Shown: in pieces, positions 12,808 through 25,540 of the stretch | How the letters are laid out: each line of letters opens with the position of its first letter | How positions within the stretch are numbered: position 1 is the first letter of the stretch | NCBI RefSeq assembly: GCF_006345805.1 | Contig: NC_043003.1 | Location: 11,408,001-11,472,000, forward strand | DNA: 64,000 nucleotides | Source of the DNA: Octopus sinensis | Taxonomy: Eukaryota | Reading direction: 5' to 3' | Program-made: the position numbers and the translations under genes | Notes under the pieces: generated by a model | Database searches by the model: none | Told to the model about the DNA's origin: nothing | What the model saw: the letters and a program-made list of their open reading frames with translations, nothing else

Positions 12808-13213
12808 ACTCTTTTTTACTCTTTTACTTGTTTCAGTCATTTGACTGCGGCCATGCTGGAGCACCGCCTTTAATCGAGCAGCTCGACCCCGGGACTTATT
12901 CTTTTTGTAAGCCCAGTACTTATTCTATTGGTCTCTTCGGCCGAACCACTAAGTAACGGGGACATAAACACACCAGCATCGGTTGTCAAGCAATGCTAGG
13001 AGGACAAACACACAAACACACACACACACACACATATATATACACATATATACGAAAGGCTTCTTTCAGTTTCCATCTACCAAATCCACTCACAAGGCAT
13101 TGATCAGCCCGGGGCTATAGCAGAAGACACTTGCCCAAGATGCCACGCAGTGGGACTGAACCCTTAACCATGTGGTTGGTTAGCAAGCTACTTACCACAC
13201 AGCCACTCCTGCA
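12808..13213 (-). mobile_element. CORE-type tRNA SINE, full length, CpG-rich (young)
   Basis: Complete family match with retained CpGs. Confidence 0.9.
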
Positions 13214-13829
13214 CCTATATATATATACACACATATGTATTTTATTTTATCTTATTTTATTTTTATGCTGCTGGAACCTTTGGGTTTCAGATGACATTGA
13301 ATCATTATCAATGAAAGGGATTTTTGAATGGTGTGCTGTTTCTGGACTGTTCTTAGTTGCCTGAAGACTGGTTCATTATCTCTGTTGTTTTAAAATCTTG
13401 GTTCCCACCCAACAAAGTCATCCTTTGTAGAAAACTTTCTTATGACAAACAGACAGACAATGGGTGTGAAAACTGCTCTCCTCACCTCCCCCACCTCTTG
13501 TTTCTCATGGTGGGTGTGTGTGTGTGTACGAGAGAGCATGTGAGAGAGAACATGTGTGTATATATTCGTTTGTGCACGTGTGTAGAATATATTTGTATGT
13601 ATGGAAATGTATTTGCATAGATATGTGTGTTATATTTGTGCGTAATTGTGTGTGCGTGCATATATTTGTGTATGTCTGTTATATTGGTATATGTGTGTAT
13701 AGTTATGTATAGATGTATGCCTCCCTCCCTCCCTCCCTCTCTCTCTCTCTCTCTCCCTCTCCTAAAAACTACAGAGATTAAAGGAAACAAAGCATTCACC
13801 AAAAATGAAAGAGCTTCAGACATGATCAA

Positions 13830-13930
13830 TTGACTTTGCCTTCACTTTTTGCAACTCTGGGAAGGAAACGATATGCCGCCATAATACATGACAGATTCTC
13901 AAAGAGTCTTGTTCCAAACTTTGACATACA
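13830..13930 (-). other. Weak candidate exon (SLEQDSLRICHVLWRHIVSFPELQKVKAKSIDHV* or FGTRLFENL..LPRVAK..)
   Basis: Polypyrimidine acceptor attttgtgctttttgtcttgtatgtcaaag; contains the TTCCCAGAGTT motif shared with exons A and B. Confidence 0.2.
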
Positions 13931-14146
13931 AGACAAAAAGCACAAAATGGATGAGATACACTGTCAGGTCCCAGGACTTCTCTTTCTATAACTTTTGCTT
14001 AAAAAACGTATGCATCAAGAATTTGTCATTTTAAGGTTCCCAACAGTTTCCCAGAGACTGTTGTCTTCCAGAGGGATTGCAAACAATGACCAAGATTTTT
14101 TCATTAGGGTGCATGCCTGGTTGTGTGGTTAAGAATGTTGTTTCCT

Positions 14147-14683
14147 GACCATGTGTTCTTGGGTTCAGTCCCACTGCGTGGCACCTTGGGTAAGTGTTTT
14201 ATGCTATAGTCCCCAGGTCCATGAAAGCCTTGTCATGACCATGTGGTCTTGGGTTCAGTCCCACTGCGTGGCACCTTGGGTAAGTGTTTTATGCTATAGT
14301 CCCCAGGTCCATGAAAGCCTTGTCTTGACCATGTAGTCTTGGGTTCAGTCCCACTGCGTGGCACCTTGGGTAAGTGTTTTATGCTATAGTCCCCAGGTCC
14401 ATGAAAGCCTTGTCTTGACCATGTGGTCTTGGGTTCAGTCCCACTGCGTGGCACCTTGGGTAAGTGTTTTATGCTATAGTCCCCAGGTCCATGAAAGCCT
14501 TGTCCTGACCATGTGGTCTTGGGTTCAGTCCCACTGCGTGGCACCTTGGGTAAGTGTTTTATGCTATAGTCCCCGGGTCCATGAAAGCCTTGTCCTGACC
14601 ATGTGGTCTTGGGTTCAGTCCCACTGCGTGACACCTTGGGTAAGTGTTTTATGCTATAGTCCCCAGGTCTATGAAAGCCTTGT
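14147..14683 (+). repeat. Six 90-bp tandem copies of an internal CORE-SINE segment
   Basis: Units start at 14147, 14237, 14327, 14417, 14507 and 14597; SINE head at 14108-14146, SINE body resumes at ~14684. Confidence 0.95.
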
Positions 14684-14724
14684 GGTTGGATTTGGTAGGT
14701 AAACAGACCCTGACAGAAGCCTCT

Positions 14725-14760
<36 letters not shown>

Positions 14761-15155
14761 CCTTGTCTTGTCACCTTGTGATGGTTGTAAATGATGATGG
14801 TGATGATGATGATGCTGATCATCATTGTCGTCGTTGTACACACGATCTTGTTCATTTTTAGTCTTTCTTGATAAACATGTTTGGCCGTAGGGAAATATTG
14901 CCTTGCTTGGAAACAGGTAAGGATTGGAAACAGGAAGAGCATCCAGCCATAGAAAAGCTCTGCCTCAATAACACACTCTTGTCTAACAGATGCAAGTATG
15001 GAAAGTGGATGTTAAATAATAACGATGGTGATGACTTACAAAGGGTTTCTTGATGTTCTTCTCTCTAATGCACAAGATCAGCCATCTTCAAAAACAACTG
15101 TTAGGACGAAGCAGAGCTACAGGCACCATTTCATTGATCTGCCAATTCAAGATAT

Positions 15156-15340
15156 CATGTGCCCTGAAATACTGAACAAAAATATTGCCCCCACCTCCAC
15201 TTCCTGGGCATAAAAGAATATTCAATTTTCTGAGCCGTGCTCTAGCATGGCCTTCAATGCCATGTGCCCTGAAATACTGAACAAACACACTACCTCCCAC
15301 CTCGTGGACATAAAAGATAGAATATTCAGTTTTGAGGGCT
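15156..15340. repeat. Local direct duplication, period 105 bp
   Basis: catgtgccctgaaatactgaacaaa at 15156 and 15261, followed by similar cataaaaga..aatattca blocks. Confidence 0.8.
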
Positions 15341-16182
15341 GTGCTTTTCACATGACCTTTGACATAACGACTGAAACATATTAACATAGCTATCATCATC
15401 ATCATGGCTGTGTCATTAAGAAGCTTGATTTGCAACCACGTAGTTCCATGTTCAGTCCCACTGCACAGCACCTTTGGCAAGAGCCTTCTACTATAGCCCT
15501 GGACCAACCAATACCTGGTGAGTGTATTTGGTAGAGGGAAACTGTGTGGAAGCCCATCATTGTGTGTGTGTCTCTATGTTTGTCCCCACTGCTTTGAAGG
15601 ATTTAACTGACCAAATAAACCTCAGTACTTATTTATTATCAAGTCTGGTATTATTTTAGCTGACTCTTTTGGAATGTAAACAAACCAACATTGGCTGTAA
15701 AGTAGTGGTGATGGGGACAAACACCACACATACACACACACACACAGGCTTTCTACACTGTTTCCATCTACCTAATTCACTAATTCACTTGCAAACACTC
15801 TCAAAGTGTGCAAGGCCCGGGGCTACAATAGAGGACACCCAAGGTGCTTCACAGGGGGGCTGAACCTGAAACCACACAGCCATTTCTTCTTTCTTCCTCA
15901 GCTCCCCTGATGTTTTCTGTAAAGTGGTTCAGACCTCTTAAGCCAAGCTCTCTCTTTCTCTTGTTTTTCTTTTCTTTTTTTCCATTCCTCTGGCATCCTT
16001 TATCTCTTTTGTTGTTGTTGTAATGAACTGAGGTCCCTGATCCTTCGGTTGTCCCCCCCACCCGACACACTTCACATTTGAGGAGGTGGGGTTTCTCTGC
16101 TGTTTCTTTCTTACTTCCATCTCTCTCTAACTATGACCTTTTCTTTGTGGATCTACTTTTTTTATTTTGCACACATACCTCT

Positions 16183-16184
<2 letters not shown>

Positions 16185-16213
<29 letters not shown>

Positions 16214-16560
16214 TATGCACGCATAAATGTATACATACACATACAAGCACACACACACATATATATATATACATGCGCATACATGCATACATATATATGT
16301 ATACACACATACATGCATGCATACATATATATATACACACACACACACACGCATATATATATATATATGCATAAATACATTATATATGCACATTTTATAC
16401 ATATATATACATACACATACAAGCATACATATACATACATACATATATATATATATACATACATACATACAAGCACACATGTACATGCATTCATACATAC
16501 AACCCTATACATACACATACACAAGCATATACACCACACACACACACACACACACACATT
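16185..16560. repeat. CA/TA compound microsatellite
   Basis: Dinucleotide tracts. Confidence 0.95.
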
Positions 16561-18179
16561 TACCTGCATCTGTGAGTGTGTTTGTATCCCCCCTCCCCAC
16601 ACACACACTGACAAATTCAGTAATCCCGCTCTCCTTTTAATTCCTCTTTTGTCCTCCGCAATTTCTATGCCACAGTTTTGTCAAAATGCTTGCTTTATAT
16701 TTGACCACCTCCTTTAAACGCCTGCTTTATTTTTACAATATTCTTGAGAGCTTTGATTCTTGGTCCAACCTACCTTCAATCTCCCACCACCTTGCCACTT
16801 CTTTACCTGCCTCTATTTTTTTCTATTTAATCCTTCTTCAATGCCCCTGGGTGGTGGGTCTGATGGTCACTATAACAGTGGTGGAGGCGGAGGTGTAACT
16901 GCAAAGAGAGGTTGACTAGAAGGGAGATAATTGGGAGAATGAAATGTGTTTATTTTCTAATGAAATATATAAATATACAAATAAATCTGGGGTGTAATCC
17001 AGGTTAAGATTATTTTCCAGCCAGGCTTCTCCTTAGAGGAGGGGATTGTAGAGGTGAAAGGTTATCGTTGGTTATCTCCCTACTCAAAATAAAGTAAAAA
17101 AACAAACTGGAAGGAAGCAGAAGGGATGTTTGATCCCTGCTTAATCTCTTACCCCTATCCCTTGTATTACCTTTCACAGTGACCTCTCCACCATACAACT
17201 TATGTTTTGAGATGTTAGTGTTTGTTGCTTTGTTTCCTATGAGACTGGAATTGTTGAATGATGTTTAGTAGAGAATGGGTGAAATGGAGTGGGGGGAAGA
17301 GAGGAAGAGAGAAAGAGAGAGTTGAAATGAGGGAGAGGGGGTGTTGGTTCTTGCAGCTGAGTTTGTTTCCACCAATTTTGTTCACTATCCAACCACCATA
17401 TATCTATCTATCTATTAGTGAAGTGGAGCAGGTGTGCTGTAAAAACATTCTCCTATATATTATAATAGTTTGTGATTCAGATGTTTTTACAGCAGGATTA
17501 CCATTTACTAAAAGATAAAGAAAAGAAAACAAAAAAAAATGAATAAATAGAATAAAAAAGAAAACGGGGGGGGGGATTTTTTTGGCAAATAGACTCAGGA
17601 ATATTAATTAAGAATATTCTTACATGCTTTGTCATTAGAATCTCCATTTTTGATGTCATGCATCAGCTTTGTTATCAGTATGAGGGGAATTTGGCTGCTG
17701 TTTCTATTTAGTCAAGCAATCATATATTCCTTATTGACATAGAGCTCTCTTTTTTTTTTTTTTTTTGCTGGTGCTGGTGGTGATGAGGATAATTTTAGCT
17801 GGATGAGTCAGAATACAGATTTGTTTATCACTGTTGCTTGCTGTGAAGGCACTTTTTGCCCAGTGGATAGGGTGCAACACTCTTGGCCTTACAATCGTGG
17901 TTTCGGATCCTAGGTAAGGCATCTTTATGATAATCCTTCGGTGTGGTTGAACAACCAATCCCAAACCAGTTCGATCAACTTCCACACCACTTCGGATCAT
18001 TGACCCTTCTTGTGCTTGATTTCATTGTGCTTATTCATCCTTTTGATTGCTGAATATGAAAACTTGGTTGAGGAGACTTTTGTTTGGGCAATTTTCTTGA
18101 GCCACCATCTCACCCTTGTAATTTGCTTTCATTTTGTTAGTCTTTTCATATACATGGTAGTACACCTATGTACTTGCTC

Positions 18180-18440
18180 AATCACTCCCTCACACTCACT
18201 CACTCCCTCACACACACACTCACTCTCACTCACTCTCACTCGCATTCACCCTCACTCACATTCACTCTCACTCACTCATTCTCACTCAGTCTCACACACT
18301 CTCACTCACACTCATTCACATACTCATTCTCACACTCTCACTCACACAGTCTCACTCTCACTCTCTCGTACTCACTCTTGCACATTCTCTCACCCTCACT
18401 CAACTTTCTCCTATTCACACATACACACACACACACATTG
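18180..18440. repeat. (CACT)n-type degenerate microsatellite
   Basis: cactcactct repeats. Confidence 0.9.
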
Positions 18441-18949
18441 GATGGTCATTGGCTTCCAATAATCAACCCCCCACCACCAACCAAGCAAGGTTGGTGTGAG
18501 GTTGTCAGTTTAGTCAGCTACCAGTAGTGTACAAGAGTGACTCAGCATCCTGGCCCAGGCAGTGCAATGTGTCCTCATACAAAACTCTTCATTTCATCTT
18601 GCTCCAGTTCACTCAGCCATAAATGAATTCCAAGACTAGCTGGGAAGTTAACCCCTTCAATGGACTGGGATCCCATCCAGTGGGAAGTGTTGTAATCTCA
18701 GTTATACATTATGGAAACTGGGCTAAGCGTTGGCCTTATGAGCCCTAGGGGCTTGTGGCAAACCTTGAAGAATTGCTTTTTAATTATGCAATTTTAAGTA
18801 AGCAATTTTTAATTGAATTCAATAATTTGAAAAATGTTATTTATAGGTGCAGGAGTGGCTGTGTGGTAAGAAGCTTGCTTCCCAACCACATGGTTCAGGT
18901 CTCAGTCCTACTGTGTAGCACCTTGGGCAAGAGTCTTTTATCATATCCT

Positions 18950-19408
18950 ACTGCATAACTTATGTACTTCTTATGTCTGACCTTTGTACTCTTTCTTTTG
19001 TTTGACCGTTGTACTCTTTCTTAGGCTTAGCTTTTCCACTCCTTAGATGCGCTCTTTATGACTGCATAACTTATGTCTGACCTTTGTACTCTTTCTTATG
19101 TCTGACCTTTGTACTCTTTTTTAGGCTTAACTTTTCCACTCCTTAGATGCACTCTTTATGACTGCATGACTTATGTACTTCTTATACCTAACCGTTGTAC
19201 TCTTTCTTATGTCTAACCTTTGTACTCTTTCTTATATCTAACCTTTGTACTCTTTCTTAGGCTTAGCTTTTCCACTCCTTAGATGCGCTCTTTATGACTG
19301 CATAATTTATGTACTTCTTATGTCTGATCTTTGTACTCTTTCTCATGTCTGAGCTGTCTACTCTTTCTTAGGCCTAACCTTTGTACTCTTTCTTAGATCT
19401 AGCTTTTA
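18950..19408. repeat. Higher-order minisatellite: 25-bp subunits within 100-136-bp units
   Basis: cttatgtctgacctttgtactcttt subunit; ttaggctta(g/a)cttttccactccttagatgc block at 19021, 19121 and 19257. Confidence 0.9.
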
Positions 19409-19843
19409 TTTGACTGTATTCCTGTACATTTTTCTCTTCTTTTCTTTTATTATTTCTTCCTTTTTATTCGTTTTGTTTCTTCTGAATTTTATTTCCCACT
19501 TTTACGTCTCACAATACCAATGTTTGTCTATTTATTTCTTATTCATCTTTTGTCAAATCCCTTTCATATACTTCCGTCACTCATCACTCGATTGTCCATT
19601 CTTTTCATAACCATTGTTTCACTGTTCACATTTCAAAATTCTTTGGAAAACCAAAAAATTTTCTTCATGAAAATGTTTTTTTTTTTTAACCTTTTTTCTT
19701 TTTTATTACCATTTTTCTCATTTTGAAATTTATTTTTAATTAATAAGTTTCTTCAACTTGGCTAGATTACACTGAATTTTTCTTTGTTGTATTTTAACGT
19801 CAAGCCATTATTTAAGAATTGTGTTGTAAACAGAAATGGCAAG

Positions 19844-19874
<31 letters not shown>

Positions 19875-20257
19875 AAGAAAGATTGATGAGAACAAAAGAA
19901 AAAAAAGATAGGGTTTCATTGTCTTCAATATAATTTGCAAGAATCATTAATAATTTAGGTTCCAATGCAAAATAACAAAGTCATCATTTGGTGATAGTTG
20001 TGTACTAACACTCAGGTACCTAACACACACAGACATACGCACACACCGTTTCATTTTTCTTTTATTTGGACTGTGGCCATGCTGGAACACTGCTTTATAA
20101 TCTTTAATTACAGAAATTGACACCAATTCTTTTTTTTTTCTGTTAAGTCTGGTACTTATTTTATTGATCTCCTTTTGCCAAACTGCTAAGTTACAGTGAT
20201 TTAAGCAAACCAGCATAAATTGTCAAGCATTGGTATGCAAAAGATGGAAAAACACAA

Positions 20258-20320
<63 letters not shown>

Positions 20321-20484
20321 GCTTCTTACAGTTTCCCTCTACCAAATCCACTCAGAAATTTTTTGTTAGCCTAGGACTATAGTTGAAGTCACTTATCCAA
20401 GGTGCTACACAGTGGGACTGAACCCAGCACCATGTGGTTTGGAAGCAGACTTCTCACTACCCTTCCTGCACACACGTGTGTGTG

Positions 20485-20678
20485 TGTCTGTCTATGAGTT
20501 ATATCAGCCCCTCAACTGGAGGTCTCTGCATTGCTCCAAAAGTCCTACACCTCTGTCTAGAGCGAGGACCAGGTACCACAATGTCTGTCTATGAGTTATA
20601 TCAGCCCCTCAACTGGAGGTCTCTGCATTGCTCCAAAAGTCCTACACCCCTGTCTTGAGCGAGGACCAGGTACCACAA
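20485..20678. repeat. 2 x 97-bp tandem duplication
   Basis: tgtctgtctatgagttatatcagcccc..gtaccacaa at 20485 and 20582, near-identical. Confidence 0.95.
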
Positions 20679-21150
20679 TAGCTTAGGATTCAAAGGTCCA
20701 TAGCTATGTAATATCTTGATAAAATATTTGAGAGATCTACACAGAATTGGGGTAGCTGTTTCCGAAACAACAACTTGACCTGCTATCCAAGATCCCAAAT
20801 AAACCTACATTTCAGCTAAAAACTCAAAGTGGGTACCAATATCGAATTCCCACCTTCACTAAAAGCCAATCACAAAAGAATGGCCATTGAAGAGGTGATA
20901 ATTCTAGTGGTGCCCCAGCATGGTCAGCTGATATGCTTGGAGATTTCATTGCTCTTTCTAGTCAATCAAGTTATTGTGTTTGATTGTTGTTTTTGCTGTG
21001 GGCACATCATCACAGTAGACATGATGCATTGTTATGAGGGGTGTCATTTTAAAAGACACTTAAAGGTTTTATTTTATTTTGTGAGAGATTTGGCTTCTAC
21101 TACAAGCATATCAAGCAACTACATACAAACCCAATCACTGTTGACGATAT

Positions 21151-21543
21151 AGGTGCAGGCATGACTATGTGGTAAGTAGCTTGCTTACCAAACACATGGT
21201 TCCGTGTTCTGTCCCACTGCGTGGAAACTTGGGCAAGTGCCTTCTTCTATAGCCTCGGGCTGACCAAAACCTTGTGAGTAAATTTGGTTGACGGAAACTG
21301 AAAGAAGCCCATCATATATATATATGTGTGTGTATGTTTGTGTCTGTGTTGTTTCCTACCCCTGCCCATTCGCTTGACAACTGATGTTGGTGTGTTTGCG
21401 TCCCCGTAATTTAGCAGTTTGGCAAGAGAGACCAATTGAACAAGTACTAGTCTTACAAAGAATAAGTCCGGGGGTCATTTTGTTCAACTAAAGGCGGTGC
21501 TCCAGCATGTCCGCAGTCAAATGACTGAAGCAATTAAAAGAAT
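21151..21543 (+). mobile_element. CORE-type tRNA SINE, full length
   Basis: Head aggtgcaggcatgactatgtggtaag to tail gactgaagcaattaaaagaat. Confidence 0.9.
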
Positions 21544-21730
21544 AATGATGTTGAATATAAGCAGTGCTGCTTTTCCTTGTAGGTTTATCTCTTTAGGTTT
21601 GTATTTTATTCTTTTATGACCGAGTGCAACTTGGAGTTTTAACTGCTATTTCTAGCCAATACCAATTAATGACTGTATTTGATCACTGTCTCACAGTAGC
21701 ATGATACACTGTATTTAGGGTCAAAAGCAC

Positions 21731-22134
21731 ACTCTTTTACTTGTTTCAGTCATTTGACTGTGGCCATGCTGGAGTACCGCCTTTAGTCAAGCAAATCGAC
21801 CCCAGGATTTATTCTTTGTAAGCCTAGTACTTATTCTATCGGGCTCTTATGCCGAACTACTAAGTTACGGGATGTAAACACACCAGCATCAGTTGTCAAG
21901 CGATGTTGCGGGGGACAAACAGATACACAAATGTATACACACACACACACATACATACATACATACATGCATATATACAATGGGCTTCTTTCAGTTTCCG
22001 TCTACCAAATCCACTCACAAGGCTTTGGTCAGCCCGAGGCTATAGTAGAAGACACTTGCCCAAGGTGCTATGCAGTGGGACTGAACCTGGAACCATGTGG
22101 TTGGTAAGCAAGCTACTTACCACACAGCCACTCC
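21731..22134 (-). mobile_element. CORE-type tRNA SINE, full length, inverted relative to 21151-21543
   Basis: Complete family match. Confidence 0.9.
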
Positions 22135-23426
22135 AACATGCAAGGGATGTTAATTTAAAAGACAGGACCTTGTGTGATTTGGCTTCTACTTTGAGCACAT
22201 CAAACCACATAGAAACCCTTTCACTGGTTTGCAAAGGACAATGATGATGACGATGATGATGATGGTGATGGTGGTGGTGATGGTGGTGGATATATGTGCT
22301 GGTGCTTTTCTTTTTTCCTTTCTTTCATTTTTTTTTTGAAGATCAATTTATCTTTATGCTACTCTCTGTTCCCCACTGTCCTGTGTAACTATGGAATGAG
22401 AGTCTAGAATCTTGTGACATCTGTTTTGCCTTAGAATACTAATGGTATTGGTAACAGAAAATGTTTTCTCCTTCCCCTTCTCATTCTTTTCTCTCCTTCT
22501 TCTTCTTGTTTTTCTTTTCTTCTCCTTCTTTTCCTTCTTTTCATTGCAATTTGAAAAGGAAAGATGGAGAAACTAAAAAAAGGGTAGTGATAGTTTAGCT
22601 GATCAATATGTTTTGTTGACAGCCATTCAAACTCTTCTGTCCATCTGTTGTCATTAAGTTTCCTTTCAGTTTCTCTCTCTACTCCAACCTATTCTTTATA
22701 GGTTTATTTACTTATTTTCAGATATCAACCACCTTGCTTGAGCATTGATTGTCTTTCTTCTTTTCTTTCTCTTTTTCTTTCTTCTTTCTTTCCATCCTTT
22801 ATTCAACTTTCTTTCACAAACAAGTGACATTTCTTTTTCAAAGCTGTTCTGTCTCTAATCTCTTCTTCTTCTGCGGAAAAGTTCACACACATGTCCTACT
22901 TTCAAAACCTGGCTGTTTTTCTCACTGATTCCAGTCGTTACACAATGTGCTGTATTAACTTTGGACATTGGACATTTCTGATTATTCACTCTAACGTGTA
23001 ACTCTATCTTATGTACATCGTACGCACCACCTGTCTGTCAAAGGGTAATTGCTTGCTAAGATGTGTTGGTTTAGATAGCTCACCTGTATTTTGTGCTCAA
23101 AGGAATCCATTTGTATATGTTTGACAATGTGGTTGCAAAGCCCAGCTGCGGCTACACTGATTGGATATTGCTTCATTTGAGTGTTCGGATGTTCAATCCC
23201 CACTCATGCCACTTTGGCCAAGTGTCTTCTATAGATCTCGGGCTGACAAAAGCCTTGTGAGTGGGTTTGATAGGTGGAAACCGAAAGAAGCCTGTCACCA
23301 CACCACACACACACACACACACACACACACGTATATATACATGTATATTTATTTATTTGAATGGATAGATATTTTTAAGGAATTAATAAATAAGGAGTTT
23401 GTTAATTAAGTGACTTAACAATATTA

Positions 23427-23645
23427 AGGCAGCGAGCTGGCAGAAACATTAGTGTGCCGGGCGAAATGCTTAGCGGTACGTTCTGAGTTCAAATTCAGCC
23501 GAGGTCGACTTTGCCTTTCATCCTTTCTGGGTCGATAAATTAAGTACCAGTTACGTGCTGGGGTCGATGTAATCGACTTAATACCTTTGTCTGTCCTTGT
23601 TTGTCCTCTCTGTATTTAGCCCCTTTTGGGTAATAAAGAAATAAA
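23427..23645 (+). mobile_element. Meta-type SINE
   Basis: aggcagcgagctggcagaaac..gggtaataaagaaata. Confidence 0.9.
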
Positions 23646-23956
23646 TATTACATGGAATCTTGCAGTTTAGGCATTTGGAAAATTGAGTCTTGCATCTGAA
23701 ACAATTTGTCAGATACAATAATTTTTGAACGTAATTTGAGGCAATTTGTCAGATATAATGGATTTTGAAAATATTTTTTAACGATAATGACTTCAATTTG
23801 ATAATATGTAGGTATAGTTTTTAATAGAAGAGAATATGTGAATGTTTAATAATTAAATTCTGGAAGTAAGTTTAACGATTAACAATATGTTGAGGTGATA
23901 CATACGGTCACTTTGATGTTTTGTCCCTTGTTTGAGTTTGATCCAACTGATTTCCG

Positions 23957-24011
<55 letters not shown>

Positions 24012-24111
24012 ACACATACATATAAGAGGAGTGGACACTACGTAAACATCCATTATGCTAGAAGTAGATCCGCTATGGTCTTACCACTAAAAAAGTTATG
24101 TTCATATCATA

Positions 24112-24420
24112 TCATCATCATCGTTTAGCGTCCGTTTTCCATGCTAGCATGGATTGGACGGTTCTACTGGGGTCTGTGAAGCCAGAAGGCTTCATCAGGC
24201 CCAGTCAGATCTGGCAGTGTTTCTACGGCTGGATGCCCTTCCTAACGCCAACCACTCCGTGAGTGTAGTGGGTGCTTTTTACGTGCCACCCGCACTGGTG
24301 CCAGACAGAGCTGGCAAACGGCCACGAACGGATGGTGCTTTTTATGTGCCACCGGCACGAGGGCCAGGCGAGGCTGGCAACGGACACGAAACGGGGCGGT
24401 GCTCGCAACGGTCGCGAAAC
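24112..24420 (-). mobile_element. (GAT)n-tailed retroposon, CpG-rich
   Basis: Family match; internal ggtgcttttta(c/t)gtgccacc module repeated. Confidence 0.85.
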
Positions 24421-24477
24421 GGAAGTGTGTGTGGTGTGTGTGTGGTGTGTGTGTATGTGTTATGTATCTGTATATAC

Positions 24478-24840
24478 TCTTTACTCTTTTACTTGCTTCA
24501 GTCATTTGACTGTGGCCTTGCTGGAGTACCACCTTTAGTCGAACAAATCAACCCCAGGACTTATTTTTGTAAGCCTTGTACTTATTCTATTGGTCTCTTT
24601 TGCTGAACTGCTAAGTTACGGGGACATAAACACACCAGCATCGGTTGTCAAGCGATGTTAGGGGGATAAACACACACACACACACACGACAGGCTTCTTT
24701 CAGTTTCCGTCTACCAAATCCACTCACAAGGATTTGGTCAGCCCTAGGCTATAGTAGAAGACACTTGCCTAAGGTGCCACGCAGTGGGACTGAACCTGGA
24801 ACCATGTGGTTGGTAAGCAAGCTACTTAGAACACAGCCAG
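24478..24840 (-). mobile_element. CORE-type tRNA SINE, full length
   Basis: Complete family match. Confidence 0.9.
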
Positions 24841-25374
24841 TCTTGACATTACATGATGGTTGTAAACGAGCTTCACCATCATACAAGCGAGGTTGTTTGT
24901 TTCCAATCTTCTGTAAAAGACATGTCTTACTGCAGGGGAAATATTACTTTGCCTGAAAGTAGGTGAGGGTTGGTGACATAAAGAGCATCCGGGCTGTCGA
25001 AAGTCTGCCTCAACAAATTCCATCTGCTTTGCAAACGCATGAAGAATTGGGTGTTAAGTGATGTTGCTGATGATGAGGATGATAGAAATTAGAACCTGTG
25101 TTGTGAAATCCATCAGTTGGAACATTCCTGTAACAGACATTTCCACCACTTATTGTGTGTTCTTGAAATCATAAGTAATTAAGAGAAAAATTGACGATCA
25201 TATCTGAAGATGATAATTAATTCTCCCATTATTATATTTGGCTTAATGGCTGCAAATTATAAATGGTAGTGCACTGGATTAAATGGTCTAAGGATTATCT
25301 TTTTTTGCTCTGGTTTGTCACATTTTCGCCTCATTCCTCCAGGATTAATAAAGTAAATACTATTTATAGACTGA

Positions 25375-25540
25375 GATAGATTCTTGTGAATTTCCACCTT
25401 CCTTACAAAACACTTTGTACCAATTTGGAAAATTTGTGATTTCTCCTGTGTTCTAAAAACTATTGGAAAGCATGCGTCACCAGTTTCTGTTGTCCTCTGT
25501 TTGAAATCCTCTACCGTTTTTATGTCTTGTATATAAAACA
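25375..25540 (-). pseudogene. Tc1/mariner-like transposase C-terminal remnant
   Basis: SLFYIQDIKTVEDFKQRTTE resembles the Tc1-type 'VY..KP.T.E.LK.RI.E' motif; a frameshifted VFCKEGGNSQE resembles the terminal 'C....GGH' motif (recalled resemblance, not searched). Confidence 0.35.

Noticed and set aside
14147-14683. CRISPR-like array
   Set aside because: The units are contiguous with no unique spacers; eukaryotic SINE-derived minisatellite.
14233-14841. 202-aa repetitive ORF
   Set aside because: Antisense translation of the 90-bp SINE-derived tandem array.
17796-17910. Plus-strand exon-like segment ending cctag|gtaagg
   Set aside because: Stops in all frames; the longest frame ends in TAG at the donor.
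24175-24215. CTGATGA-AGCC-TTCT-GGCT on the minus strand
   Set aside because: No GAAA follows; it is a point variant of the (GAT)n family sequence ctggtgcagccttctggct.
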